NCBI GenBank assembly: GCA_045657505.1
Contig: JAZOTG010000143.1
Span: 1-28,001 of the forward strand
Length of the DNA stretch: 28,001 bases
Direction of reading: 5' to 3'
Source of the DNA: Kiritimatiellia bacterium
GTDB taxonomy: Bacteria; Verrucomicrobiota; Kiritimatiellia; RFP12; UBA1067
Shown one piece after another: positions 1 to 8,700 of the stretch (positions are counted from its first letter, which is position 1; each line of letters begins with the position of its first letter). The position numbers and the translations under genes are program-made. The notes below the pieces were generated by a model. That model searched no databases, was not told where the DNA came from, and worked only from the letters and a program-made list of their open reading frames with translations.

Positions 1-515
1 TCGCCCTGATAACGCGGCAGATACTCGTACATGTAGCCAACGTCTACCCCGAGCTTTCCGATCGTTTCGCCTAAGTCAAACTCGTGAGCGAGACCAACAA
101 ACGCATCAATAGTAGTGTACTTAAACCCGCGCTTACCGTAACCGCCGCGCTTGCCGTTGCCGTCGGTTACGTCAAAGATCGACTCTACCCCGATATACGC
201 CCAATCGAAAAACGTCGCAGTCGCGCCAGGTGTGAAAATAGGATCCTTACCGTCGATTACACCGTATGTCATATAGCGTGAATCTAACGAAAGCGAAACC
301 TCCGCGCTTACAATCGGCGTTTCATCAAATGACACCCCTTCCCCAGGCGCATAACTCCAACCAGAGCTTTCACCACACCCCGCGCATTTACATAATTCAC
401 TCGTGCAAGAACAACTACCTGCGCATTTGCAATTTGTATTCTGAGCGTAAAGAGCACCTGTTAAAGCGATGATTGCTACTGCCCCGATGGTTTTCATTGA
501 CCTCATTTTATTCAT
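1..515 (-). CDS. Partial (runs off left edge) secreted protein, likely TorF/Gcw_chp-like outer-membrane beta-barrel with a Cys-rich N-terminal segment
   Basis: Translated by hand; not in the ORF track because it has no stop in the window. Open frame from ATG 515 (alternatives 506, 497): MNKMRSMKTIGAVAIIALTGALYAQ-NTNCKCAGSCSCTSELCKCAGCG-...-SAEVSLSLDSRYMTYGVIDGKDPIFTPGATATFFDWAYIGVESIFD...YTTIDAFVGLAHEFDLGETIGKLGVDVGYMYEYLPRYQG. Has a signal peptide, alternating beta-strand pattern, and the 'S-x-Y-xx-x-G...P...D.G..Y.Y.P' layout typical of TorF-like porins. Confidence 0.75.
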   Translation of the reverse strand, partial: MNKMRSMKTIGAVAIIALTGALYAQNTNCKCAGSCSCTSELCKCAGCGESSGWSYAPGEGVSFDETPIVSAEVSLSLDSRYMTYGVIDGKDPIFTPGATATFFDWAYIGVESIFDVTDGNGKRGGYGKRGFKYTTIDAFVGLAHEFDLGETIGKLGVDVGYMYEYLPRYQG

Positions 516-521
516 TTTCTT

Positions 522-536
522 TGATAATAATTACCG
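522..536. promoter_or_regulatory. Putative Fur-family (Fur/Zur-like) 7-1-7 operator
   Basis: TGATAAT-A-ATTACCG matches 12 of 14 positions of the Fur 7-1-7 consensus TGATAAT-N-ATTATCA and lies 6 nt from the first ATG (515) of the porin-like gene. Confidence 0.45.
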
Positions 537-872
537 CTACTAAACCTTGCCTCGACTAACTTTAACGATACTTTTCAGATTTTTAATTTTGTCTCGCTTG
601 GATACTCGAAGCCTATTTAATGTATGAGATGTTTGATTGTTCAGTTACAGTGATTTGAGCTCCTAATCACTAACGACTAAATCAATCAAGCATCATCTAA
701 CAAGCCATTTGTTAGACAAGGCTAAGTTTACCATATCTAACTTTTGCTTGTCTATAGCGTGTTTTGACATTAAAATCCAAATTACTTCTTAAAAATCTAT
801 GTCATCTTGAGCTACATCTTTATCATGTCCGCTCTATTACGCACCATTCACAAGAATAAACATCTTTTCTAT

Positions 873-1833
873 TTAAGAAACCTGACAGGAAACAATCTCA
901 TTGCACAACTTTCCGCAAATGATCAACATACGCGGCAAAAGGAACGGCCTTTTGAAGAGATTGCCCTTCGCCGGCTGTGCCACAGTTCCGTCACGGTGGA
1001 GATAGCCGTACCATTCGGGATATTCCGTGTCCTTGAGATGCGCCCATGCCCATTCTGCGGAAAGTCTGAAGCGCTCAAACCATTTTTTATCGCCGGTAGC
1101 GCGATATGCCTTCAGATTGGCTATTATCGACTCGCACTGCGGCCACCAGAACTTCATATCCTGCTCGTAGCACTGCGGCGGAAAATTGCGGCAATCACGG
1201 AATGAGATTATGCCGCCGTCACCGCTTGCAGCATCCCATCCCCAGTCCCACGACCAATCGAGTATCTGAAGAGCCTGCTCCATAAGCCGGGCATCACCTC
1301 TCTCAGACGCGACATCCATCAAAAACCAGCTCGTCTCTATCGCATGGCCGGGGTTGATGGTGCGCCCTGCAATCGTATCGATAAACTCGCCGTTGGGGCC
1401 TACCGTCTCAAGCACGCATTTAAATTCGGGACGCACAAAATAACGCATAAGCGTTTCGATGGAATCCGTAATCTGTTCGTCAAGAACCGGATCGTCGGAT
1501 ACGCGCTTGAGTACGCTCGCCACATTTATAAGAATCATAGTTAGCGAATGGCCTTGAGAAGTCATGGCCGGTTCATATTTCGCCGGCATCATCGCCGGAT
1601 CTCGCATGAACGAACGGATGCGGTGAAAAAGATCAAGCGCCCTTTCCGCGCAGCCGCGATCGCCCGAAGCGAGTGAATATTCCGCAAGAGCGATGGCGGC
1701 AAAACACTCCGAAAACACGTATCTGCGCATTCTGAGCGGCGTACCGTCGCCCGCAACTTCGAAATACATGCGCCCGCGGGAAAAGTTCCCTGTTGCACCT
1801 TTGGCCGAAACTTTTTATATAATCTTTATTCAT
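873..1833 (-). pseudogene. AGE-family epimerase (N-acylglucosamine 2-epimerase, Bacteroides NanE-like), disrupted
   Basis: C-terminal 298 aa (873-1769) carry GRMYFEV, RRYVFSE, INPGHAIETSWF, QDMKFWWPQ, WYGYLHRDG and PAKGNLFK. The N-terminal stub MNKDYIKSFGQRCNREL (ATG 1833; GTG 1842 overlaps the MFS stop) is in another frame, only about 21 codons upstream. The KGPFH motif reads KRPFL. Confidence 0.85.
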
Positions 1834-1838
1834 GAAAT

Positions 1839-3071
1839 TCACCGATTGTCAATTGATTTACCGCGCGTCTCGGGCATGATGAATATCGCCCAGAACATTT
1901 CAACAAGCATCATGGCCGCGAAAAAGGCAAAAGCGTATGTACCGGTCTTCGCCACCGCGACCGGGAAGAGCCAAGACACAAGCATGCACATGACCCAATG
2001 GACAATACCGCCAAAACTCTGCCCCTTGGCACGAACATCGGCCGGAAAGATTTCGGAAATGAACACCCAAATGACGGCGCTCGCCGAGAATGCGACAGCG
2101 GCTATGAAACCGTACACCCCGAACATCGCCAACATGGGCGTACATGCCGGCCCGAGGGAAATCTGCCATGCGACCAGCCCGTGCATCGCCGCCATAGCCG
2201 CGCAGCCCGATATTAGAAGCGGACGCCGGCCAAAACGGTCTATCAAGAAGAATGCGGCAACAGTAAAGACGAGATTGACAATCCCCACACCGATAGTTCC
2301 GGCGAGCGCGACCATGCCGCTTCCTTCACCGAAAATCATCTTGAATATGCGCGGCGCGTAATAGTTGACAGCATTCACACCCGAAAGCTGGCTGAAGAAC
2401 GCGACAACGAAACACATGATAATCGGACGCAGATTCCTGCGGACAAACAACGGGGCCGAGGCCTCGACGCTCTTCTGATGGGGGCTTTCCGGAACATGCG
2501 CCAACGCGCCGAGATACATCAACGCCGGCAGGCACTCCGCGCCAAGCATCGCTCTCCACACGACAGAAGGCGAAGCTGGGAGCCATCTTGCCACACAGTA
2601 GTTGGATATGTACGAAATCACAATACCGAGCACGATACAGAACTGATTTACAAGCACCAACCGTCCGCGGCTTTCAGGGGGAGCGATTTCAGCAATGTAC
2701 ATCGGCACGGCTACTGATACGCCGCCGATGGCGATGCCTCCGATGAAACGCATCCACCCCAGAACCTGCGGTCCCAGAATTTCGCCGCCGGGAGTGAACG
2801 CACACCCCGCCGCCGATACAAGAAAAAGCACACCCATCCAGACAAGAGTCGGTTTACGCCCGAGCCTGTCACACATCATACCCGCCGCCAATGCTCCAAA
2901 TACGGTGCCTATCAGCGCGCCGGCCACTACAAGACCGTGCCAGAACGGCGAGAGGGCAAACTCACTCTGAATAGCCTCCTCGCAGCCGGATATCACACCG
3001 GAATCAAAACCGAACAACAGTCCGCCGAGGGAGACTGCGCATGTTATGAAAAAAAGACGAAACCTTGTCAT
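1839..3071 (-). CDS. MFS sugar porter (XylE/GalP-like, SP family)
   Basis: 410 aa with GGLLFGFDSGVISG, DRLGRK, MYIAEIAP...RG, PESP, DRFGRRP, WVFISEIFP...RAKG and PETRGK motifs; about 12 hydrophobic segments. Confidence 0.95.
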   Translation of the reverse strand: MTRFRLFFITCAVSLGGLLFGFDSGVISGCEEAIQSEFALSPFWHGLVVAGALIGTVFGALAAGMMCDRLGRKPTLVWMGVLFLVSAAGCAFTPGGEILGPQVLGWMRFIGGIAIGGVSVAVPMYIAEIAPPESRGRLVLVNQFCIVLGIVISYISNYCVARWLPASPSVVWRAMLGAECLPALMYLGALAHVPESPHQKSVEASAPLFVRRNLRPIIMCFVVAFFSQLSGVNAVNYYAPRIFKMIFGEGSGMVALAGTIGVGIVNLVFTVAAFFLIDRFGRRPLLISGCAAMAAMHGLVAWQISLGPACTPMLAMFGVYGFIAAVAFSASAVIWVFISEIFPADVRAKGQSFGGIVHWVMCMLVSWLFPVAVAKTGTYAFAFFAAMMLVEMFWAIFIMPETRGKSIDNR

Positions 3072-3120
3072 GACAACCTCTCTTTCAGTAAAACAAAAAC
3101 ATACCTATGAAACAAATGTT

Positions 3121-5718
3121 TCAATGCGCTTGACGCACTTCGAATGACGCAGAATCGAACTTTCCCGAGAGTTTTACGACGAAACCCCGTTCAGCAAGCT
3201 CTTGACCGCTCACCGCCTTCTCAGGCAAATGCGCATGGCGCTGTTTCGCAACATTTATCTCCTTCACCATGTATTTCAGCTTGGGATCAAGGCCTCGCAA
3301 GCGTAGAGTCTTCTCTACTGCTACATCCTTGTCCAATCCGAGGGCAAACACCGCCGCGCTATTCTTCTTTTCATCGACATACATCATGGCCGACATTTCT
3401 CCGCCGTACGGAGAAACCAAACGGTACAGGTCGCCACGCTGAACTATCGGACGGATGCGCTTATAATCGGCTACTGCGGCCTTAGAGAATGCGACATCCG
3501 CCGCGCTGAGGTCTTTCGGATGCAACTCAAAGCCCATTCGCCCGGTCATAGCCACGTCGAAACGGTATTTGAGAGGATATCCCGATTTTGTCACGTGACA
3601 CGCCATGGCGCTTGCAGGGTAAAAATGTGTAGCCCCCCACTGTATGAATACACGCCTGAACGGATCAGTATTGTCACTGGCCCAGAATTCATCAGCATAG
3701 CGGAGGAAACCAAAATCCATATGACCGCCGCCCGATGCACAAGCTTGAACCATTATATGAGGACGCTTTGCTTGAAATTTTGCAAGCATTTCATACATGC
3801 CTACAGTGTAATCGTACCACAGATTTGCTTGATGATCAGGCTTCAAATATGTGGACCCGGGGTTTACAAGATTCTGATTGCTGTCCCATTTTATGTATGA
3901 AAGAGTAGGAATCTGTGAATAGACGGCATCCAATTGGTTGAAAATATTGTCTCTTACGGCTGGATTTGTCAAATCCAAAACAACCTGCGTGCCGCCGCGT
4001 CCGAGCAAAAGCGAACGGTTCTGTTCGCGAAGTATCCAATCTGGATGCTCTTCGGCAAACCAGCTCGTCACGTTGCACATCTCCGGCTCGACCCAGAGGC
4101 CGAATTCCAACCCGCGCCTATTTGCCTCTTTTGCTATCCAATTAAGCCCGTGAGGCAGCTTTACTGTGTTTACCACCCAATCACCAAGCCCGGCACGATC
4201 GCAGTTTTTTTCATCGCGGGCATACTTCCCTTTTCCGAACCATCCGTCATCGAGAACGAGCATTTCACCGCCCATCTCTTTTACGCCATCCATCATATCA
4301 ATAAGCGTCTGTTCGGTAAAGCTAAAGAACGACCCTTCCCAAGTGTTAAGGAGAACTGGATGCAATACATCACCATGTGGCATAAGATGACGACGCGCCC
4401 AACGATGATATTGACGAGAAACTTCGCCCTTGCCAGCCTCGGACCACACTAATATTGCCTTCGGCGTAACAAAAACTTTTCCTGGATCAAGCACATAAGG
4501 GCCCGTCGTCATATCAATACCAGCAAACACGTCTGTTTCCTGCCCGTTCCAACTGCGCCTAACGCGTTTTTCTGTTGTGCCCGTCCATTCCAAGGCTACA
4601 CCCAACACACGACCGCATTCTTCATCAACATCATCGCCAAAGCTGACCATCATCGCAGCATTCGATTCCCATGCATTTCGAACACCCGATAGCGAACGGA
4701 ATTGTGCAATCTGACCATTAGCTACAGTAGCTTCAGATACATTACCCTCCCGTGTCCATACGCCAGTAAGCGTAAGTACTTTTACTGTTTCAGCATAACA
4801 ATTGATATTTGCGGCAAAACTGTCGGCTCTAATTAACCTAACAGGCCCCGCTTCATTATGTTGTATCTCATACCATGTCTCCACAACATCGCAGTCATTC
4901 CATGTTTTTATATATCGCGTTATATAGATAGGATAGAATTCGTCTTTTTGTTTAATGGTGAACAAACGCCCACCTTTAATTTCTTGATCAAGGCGTTCAA
5001 TCTCTTTCAATCTAAGTGTAAGCGCTCCATCAGCATGGATAACTTGAAGCCCCGCATGCTTAACAATTTCTTTCTCCCAATTAGGTATAACCTGCCCAAA
5101 GGCAAGCAACCCTGACATTGCAACTTCCAACGTCGTTAACGGATTAGGCTTTAACTGCGCACCATTAGCTACCTTGAAACGAGCATCACACCAGTCAGCA
5201 TGATCAGAATGGTTGCCATCACCTGCGTCATCTACCAGCAGTTCAACAATTTTTGCACCTGTCAGATTAGCATGAAGATGGTACGGAGCTGTTCCGTAAC
5301 GCATAATAGGAGACTCGGCAACTCGCTTACCGTCGGCAATAATTGCGAATTTGACACTTGCTGGACTCTCGCCTACTTCGGCGTCAATTCCAACCATCGC
5401 ATCAAATGAATAAGCCTTGCCACCGCAGTTGATTTTATAAATGGAATTGGCGTGAACACCAATTCCACGTGCAAAATCCCTATCAGCGATTTTCAAAGAC
5501 TTTCCATCTACTGAAAGATTTTTCTTAGCTTCCCCCCAACCGCATTTAACTGACGCAATATCTAATTCGTCAAGCCATATCGTTTGAAGAGCACCCTCCT
5601 GGGATGTGAACGAATTAGTGTTGTCCAGCCCCTGGCCGCTCTCGCCCGTTGCGACAAGCACTGTCAAAACGAGCGAAGCAGCCGATATGAATTTTGTACG
5701 AAAAAACACAATACTCAC
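3121..5718 (-). CDS. Secreted GH36 alpha-galactosidase with N-terminal NPCBM/NEW2 module
   Basis: Signal peptide. NPCBM-like segment (WLDEL...CGWG...RGIGVHANS...DHADWCDARF). GH36 motifs LLNTWEG, VLDDGWFG, LGDW, FGLWVEPEM, YIKWD, CASGGG, WASDNTD. The GTG start overlaps the upstream TGA (GTGA). Confidence 0.93.
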   Translation of the reverse strand: MSIVFFRTKFISAASLVLTVLVATGESGQGLDNTNSFTSQEGALQTIWLDELDIASVKCGWGEAKKNLSVDGKSLKIADRDFARGIGVHANSIYKINCGGKAYSFDAMVGIDAEVGESPASVKFAIIADGKRVAESPIMRYGTAPYHLHANLTGAKIVELLVDDAGDGNHSDHADWCDARFKVANGAQLKPNPLTTLEVAMSGLLAFGQVIPNWEKEIVKHAGLQVIHADGALTLRLKEIERLDQEIKGGRLFTIKQKDEFYPIYITRYIKTWNDCDVVETWYEIQHNEAGPVRLIRADSFAANINCYAETVKVLTLTGVWTREGNVSEATVANGQIAQFRSLSGVRNAWESNAAMMVSFGDDVDEECGRVLGVALEWTGTTEKRVRRSWNGQETDVFAGIDMTTGPYVLDPGKVFVTPKAILVWSEAGKGEVSRQYHRWARRHLMPHGDVLHPVLLNTWEGSFFSFTEQTLIDMMDGVKEMGGEMLVLDDGWFGKGKYARDEKNCDRAGLGDWVVNTVKLPHGLNWIAKEANRRGLEFGLWVEPEMCNVTSWFAEEHPDWILREQNRSLLLGRGGTQVVLDLTNPAVRDNIFNQLDAVYSQIPTLSYIKWDSNQNLVNPGSTYLKPDHQANLWYDYTVGMYEMLAKFQAKRPHIMVQACASGGGHMDFGFLRYADEFWASDNTDPFRRVFIQWGATHFYPASAMACHVTKSGYPLKYRFDVAMTGRMGFELHPKDLSAADVAFSKAAVADYKRIRPIVQRGDLYRLVSPYGGEMSAMMYVDEKKNSAAVFALGLDKDVAVEKTLRLRGLDPKLKYMVKEINVAKQRHAHLPEKAVSGQELAERGFVVKLSGKFDSASFEVRQAH

Positions 5719-8700
5719 CTTACCCTTATTTTAAGTCCTTCTGTCGTTATCCAGGCATTTTTCCCGGTGGTTTTGACAACCAGACCGTTATATTTGCCCG
5801 TCATGGCGGGAGCCCCCGTTATACTGCCAGTCGCCGAGGCAAAGCAGAAACCGGCCTTTGAAGAATCTGACATGACAACATTCGCCTGAGAAAGATCGAG
5901 CGAGCCGTTGACGACAATCTTATCGCCTGCATCAAGGTAGATGGCGCCGGTGACGACGACATCGCCGTTTAATGTCAACTCGCCGGCGTCACCCTTGCCG
6001 CCCGGATTGATATCGCCAGCAATGATTGACGAACCGTTGGACACCGACCCTTTACCTGAAATAGAACTCATCAGCAACGTGTTGCCTCCGAGATCAAGCG
6101 TTGCCCCCGCTGATACATCGGCATCAAAAGCGCGTGCGCCGTCAACCCGCGTCAGAGAAGGCAGCTTGTCCGGGCCGAGCTGACGGTTAATCTCAAGCTG
6201 CTTTTCAGAGAGCGCGCAGTTCCAGATACGAAACTCGTTAAATGTCGCATTCGCATCCTTATCGTTCCACTGCGAAAGCCCAAGCCAGTTATAGTTGGCG
6301 TCGCCATTGTCATCATCGCTCTCGCCGCGCGCGAATACGCGACTGGGGAGCCAGTCTTCGATAATGCCGCCACGGATGAACATGCGCGCGCCGTTAGATG
6401 CGGATACGCCGTAAATCTGATATTCCGTATTGCCGGTCGATGCGTCCGGAATAAACGTAACAGCAACATGGCATTCCGTATCCTTGGTCAAAAAGCCCTG
6501 CCCGACATCGCCGTGAATACAGGCCTCAACATCCAGTTTCATGGCACCGTGGTCGAACGCCTGCACAACTGCGCGGTTGCCATTCCCTCTGAATGTGAAG
6601 AAGAAGCCGGAATAAAGGCTGTCCGCAACGGCCGGGTCCGGATTGTGAGTCGCCTTCCTTTTACGCTTTCCGAACGAGAACATACGCGACCACCTTGTAT
6701 CGAGGTTGTGACTGTAAACCCAAGCTTCGACCGTGAATGGCGAGTCATCGACCGGAATGCCGCCGTTTTCACCGAGATCGACCCACCCGGTATTGCGGCT
6801 GCCGCCGGGCAGGCGCAATCCTGTACCGGTCCTGGTGTAATCGACATCCCCCTTGACAACCGCATCCGAACCGCCGACCGAATCTTCAAGCGAGCGGTTG
6901 AACGTCCAGCGATGGAGCAGATAATCGCTCTGCTTTACGCTGTCCGCTGCCGCCGTGCCGAACACATTCGAATCATTGACGCGCACCGGAACGCTGGCAG
7001 CCGCATCCAGCTGTTCATCCGGACCGGCATTCACATGCTGCTTGATCTGATGTTCGGTAAGCGCGCCGTCCCAGATGCGAACCTCGTTAACTTCCATACC
7101 GAGCGCACCATTGCCGAAAACCGACCATCCGAGCCTGAAGTAGTCCTGCGGAATTTCCGAAACGAGCCAAGCGGGCAAATCATACTCCCATGTCTCATCA
7201 TTATTCTTCTCGCTGTTAAAGCGGCGGAAGCAAACGCGCGTTCCGCCCTTGCCGTTCGACTTGAGGGTCATTACATAATAGAACTCCTGACCGAAAACCA
7301 CATCACCGAAGCAAGATGAATTACCTCTAAAATCGTTCGGACCTCTGCAGGTGAAGGCCATATTACCCTGCCCGATTACGGCAAGAAATCTGTCCGTACT
7401 CTGCCCCCATGAAAACAACTTGCCCCAACCGTCGCATCCTTGGGTTACCGTCGCCCAGATTTCAAGCGTCATCTCGTTGCCCGGCCAAAGATTTGCACCG
7501 AGATCAAGTCCGCTTGCATTCTGCTTATTGCCGTCATTCGCTGCGGCTCCTGCAAGAATAAGCTTTCCATTTGCGTAGGTAACAGGATTCGCCACCGATC
7601 CGTTCGATATCGACGTTGCGGTGCACGTGCCGAGAACAGAGTCTGTGGCATCTTCCGTAAAGCTCCAGCGGTGCGCCAGTTTTGCGTCCCTGAACGCTGC
7701 CCCGCCGTTTTCGCCAGGCAGCGCATCCGGCCCCATCATAACGTGCTGCATAAGCTCTGAATCGGAAAAGACACCTTCCCATATGCGGACTTCATCATAC
7801 TTTGACGAGGGAATTGAATTGTTCCAAAAGTTCTTACCGAGATAAAAATGAGCCTGTGTCACATCAGAAAGCGTCCATCCCCTCGTATTGTAATCGCGGG
7901 AATTGACGAGCGCGCCAGTAGATGCGTTCCAGCGCGCCATCCTTATATGGTAGCCTCCGGTAAGATTCGGCACAAACGTCACGGTTATGCAGTAGGGAAC
8001 TGCGATTTCATGCCTTCCGGTCGCCCATGAATTGAACGTTCCGCCTTCGCCTCCCAATCCAAATACTGAAGAATTGCCGTCCCAGAAAGTGTATTGAAAA
8101 CAATCATCTTCGCCGCTGCCCCAGCAGAATGGCTTCGCCCACTGAAACTCCTCTTCCTGAACAACCCACATTTCCAGAGTCATCGCCTTGGCAGGCCAAA
8201 GATTCGAACCAAGATCAATACCGTATGAGCCGTCGTTATTCGGCACGCTCGCAAAAACAGCTTTGCCACCTTCAAATGTAACGCCGTTAAAAACAGTCGC
8301 AGTATTTTCACCGGTGACGGAATCCGCCGCATCCTGATTGAAACTCCAGCGATGCTTCAACACGCGCCGACCGTCTGTTGCAATTGCCAATGTGCCGGAC
8401 TCAACCTTAACCGCGCCTCCGGCAAACGGCGCATCCACGGTAAGCGTACCTTCGCCCCTCTTGGTGAGCGTCGCCCCATTAAGCTTTGTCGCATTTACAG
8501 TCTCGAGAAGTGTCGCATTATGCCCCGCCGTATCAAAGACAAGCCCCTTTGGACCGAAAATCGCCCCGTCAACAGGGAAAGACTGATTTTCGTTAGCCGC
8601 CATTATCGTTCCGCCGTCAAAATGGAACTGAGCCTCGCCCCAATGCTTGAATGCGCTATGGGTAGGCCCCTCTAAAAACGCCGTTTGCTTTACCTTGAAA

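Noticed and set aside
84-472. Two short plus-strand ORFs (65 and 68 aa)
   Set aside because: They are antisense to the partial porin-like CDS, which has a signal peptide and coherent family features.
640-660. CACTGTAA on the minus strand, resembling part of a cobalamin riboswitch
   Set aside because: The GGGAA and other B12-box elements are missing; an 8-nt match in AT-rich DNA is insufficient.
663-683. CTAA repeated three times at 7-nt spacing
   Set aside because: Too short and low-complexity to distinguish from chance.
799-817. ATGTCA-N7-CTACAT, resembling a GlnR/TnrA box
   Set aside because: Imperfect right half, about 280 nt from the porin start, and no nitrogen-metabolism context in the window.
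6468-7319. 283-aa plus-strand ORF, and similar ones at 1693-2361, 14923-15459 and 20507-20974
   Set aside because: Fully antisense to well-supported genes; no protein-like motifs.
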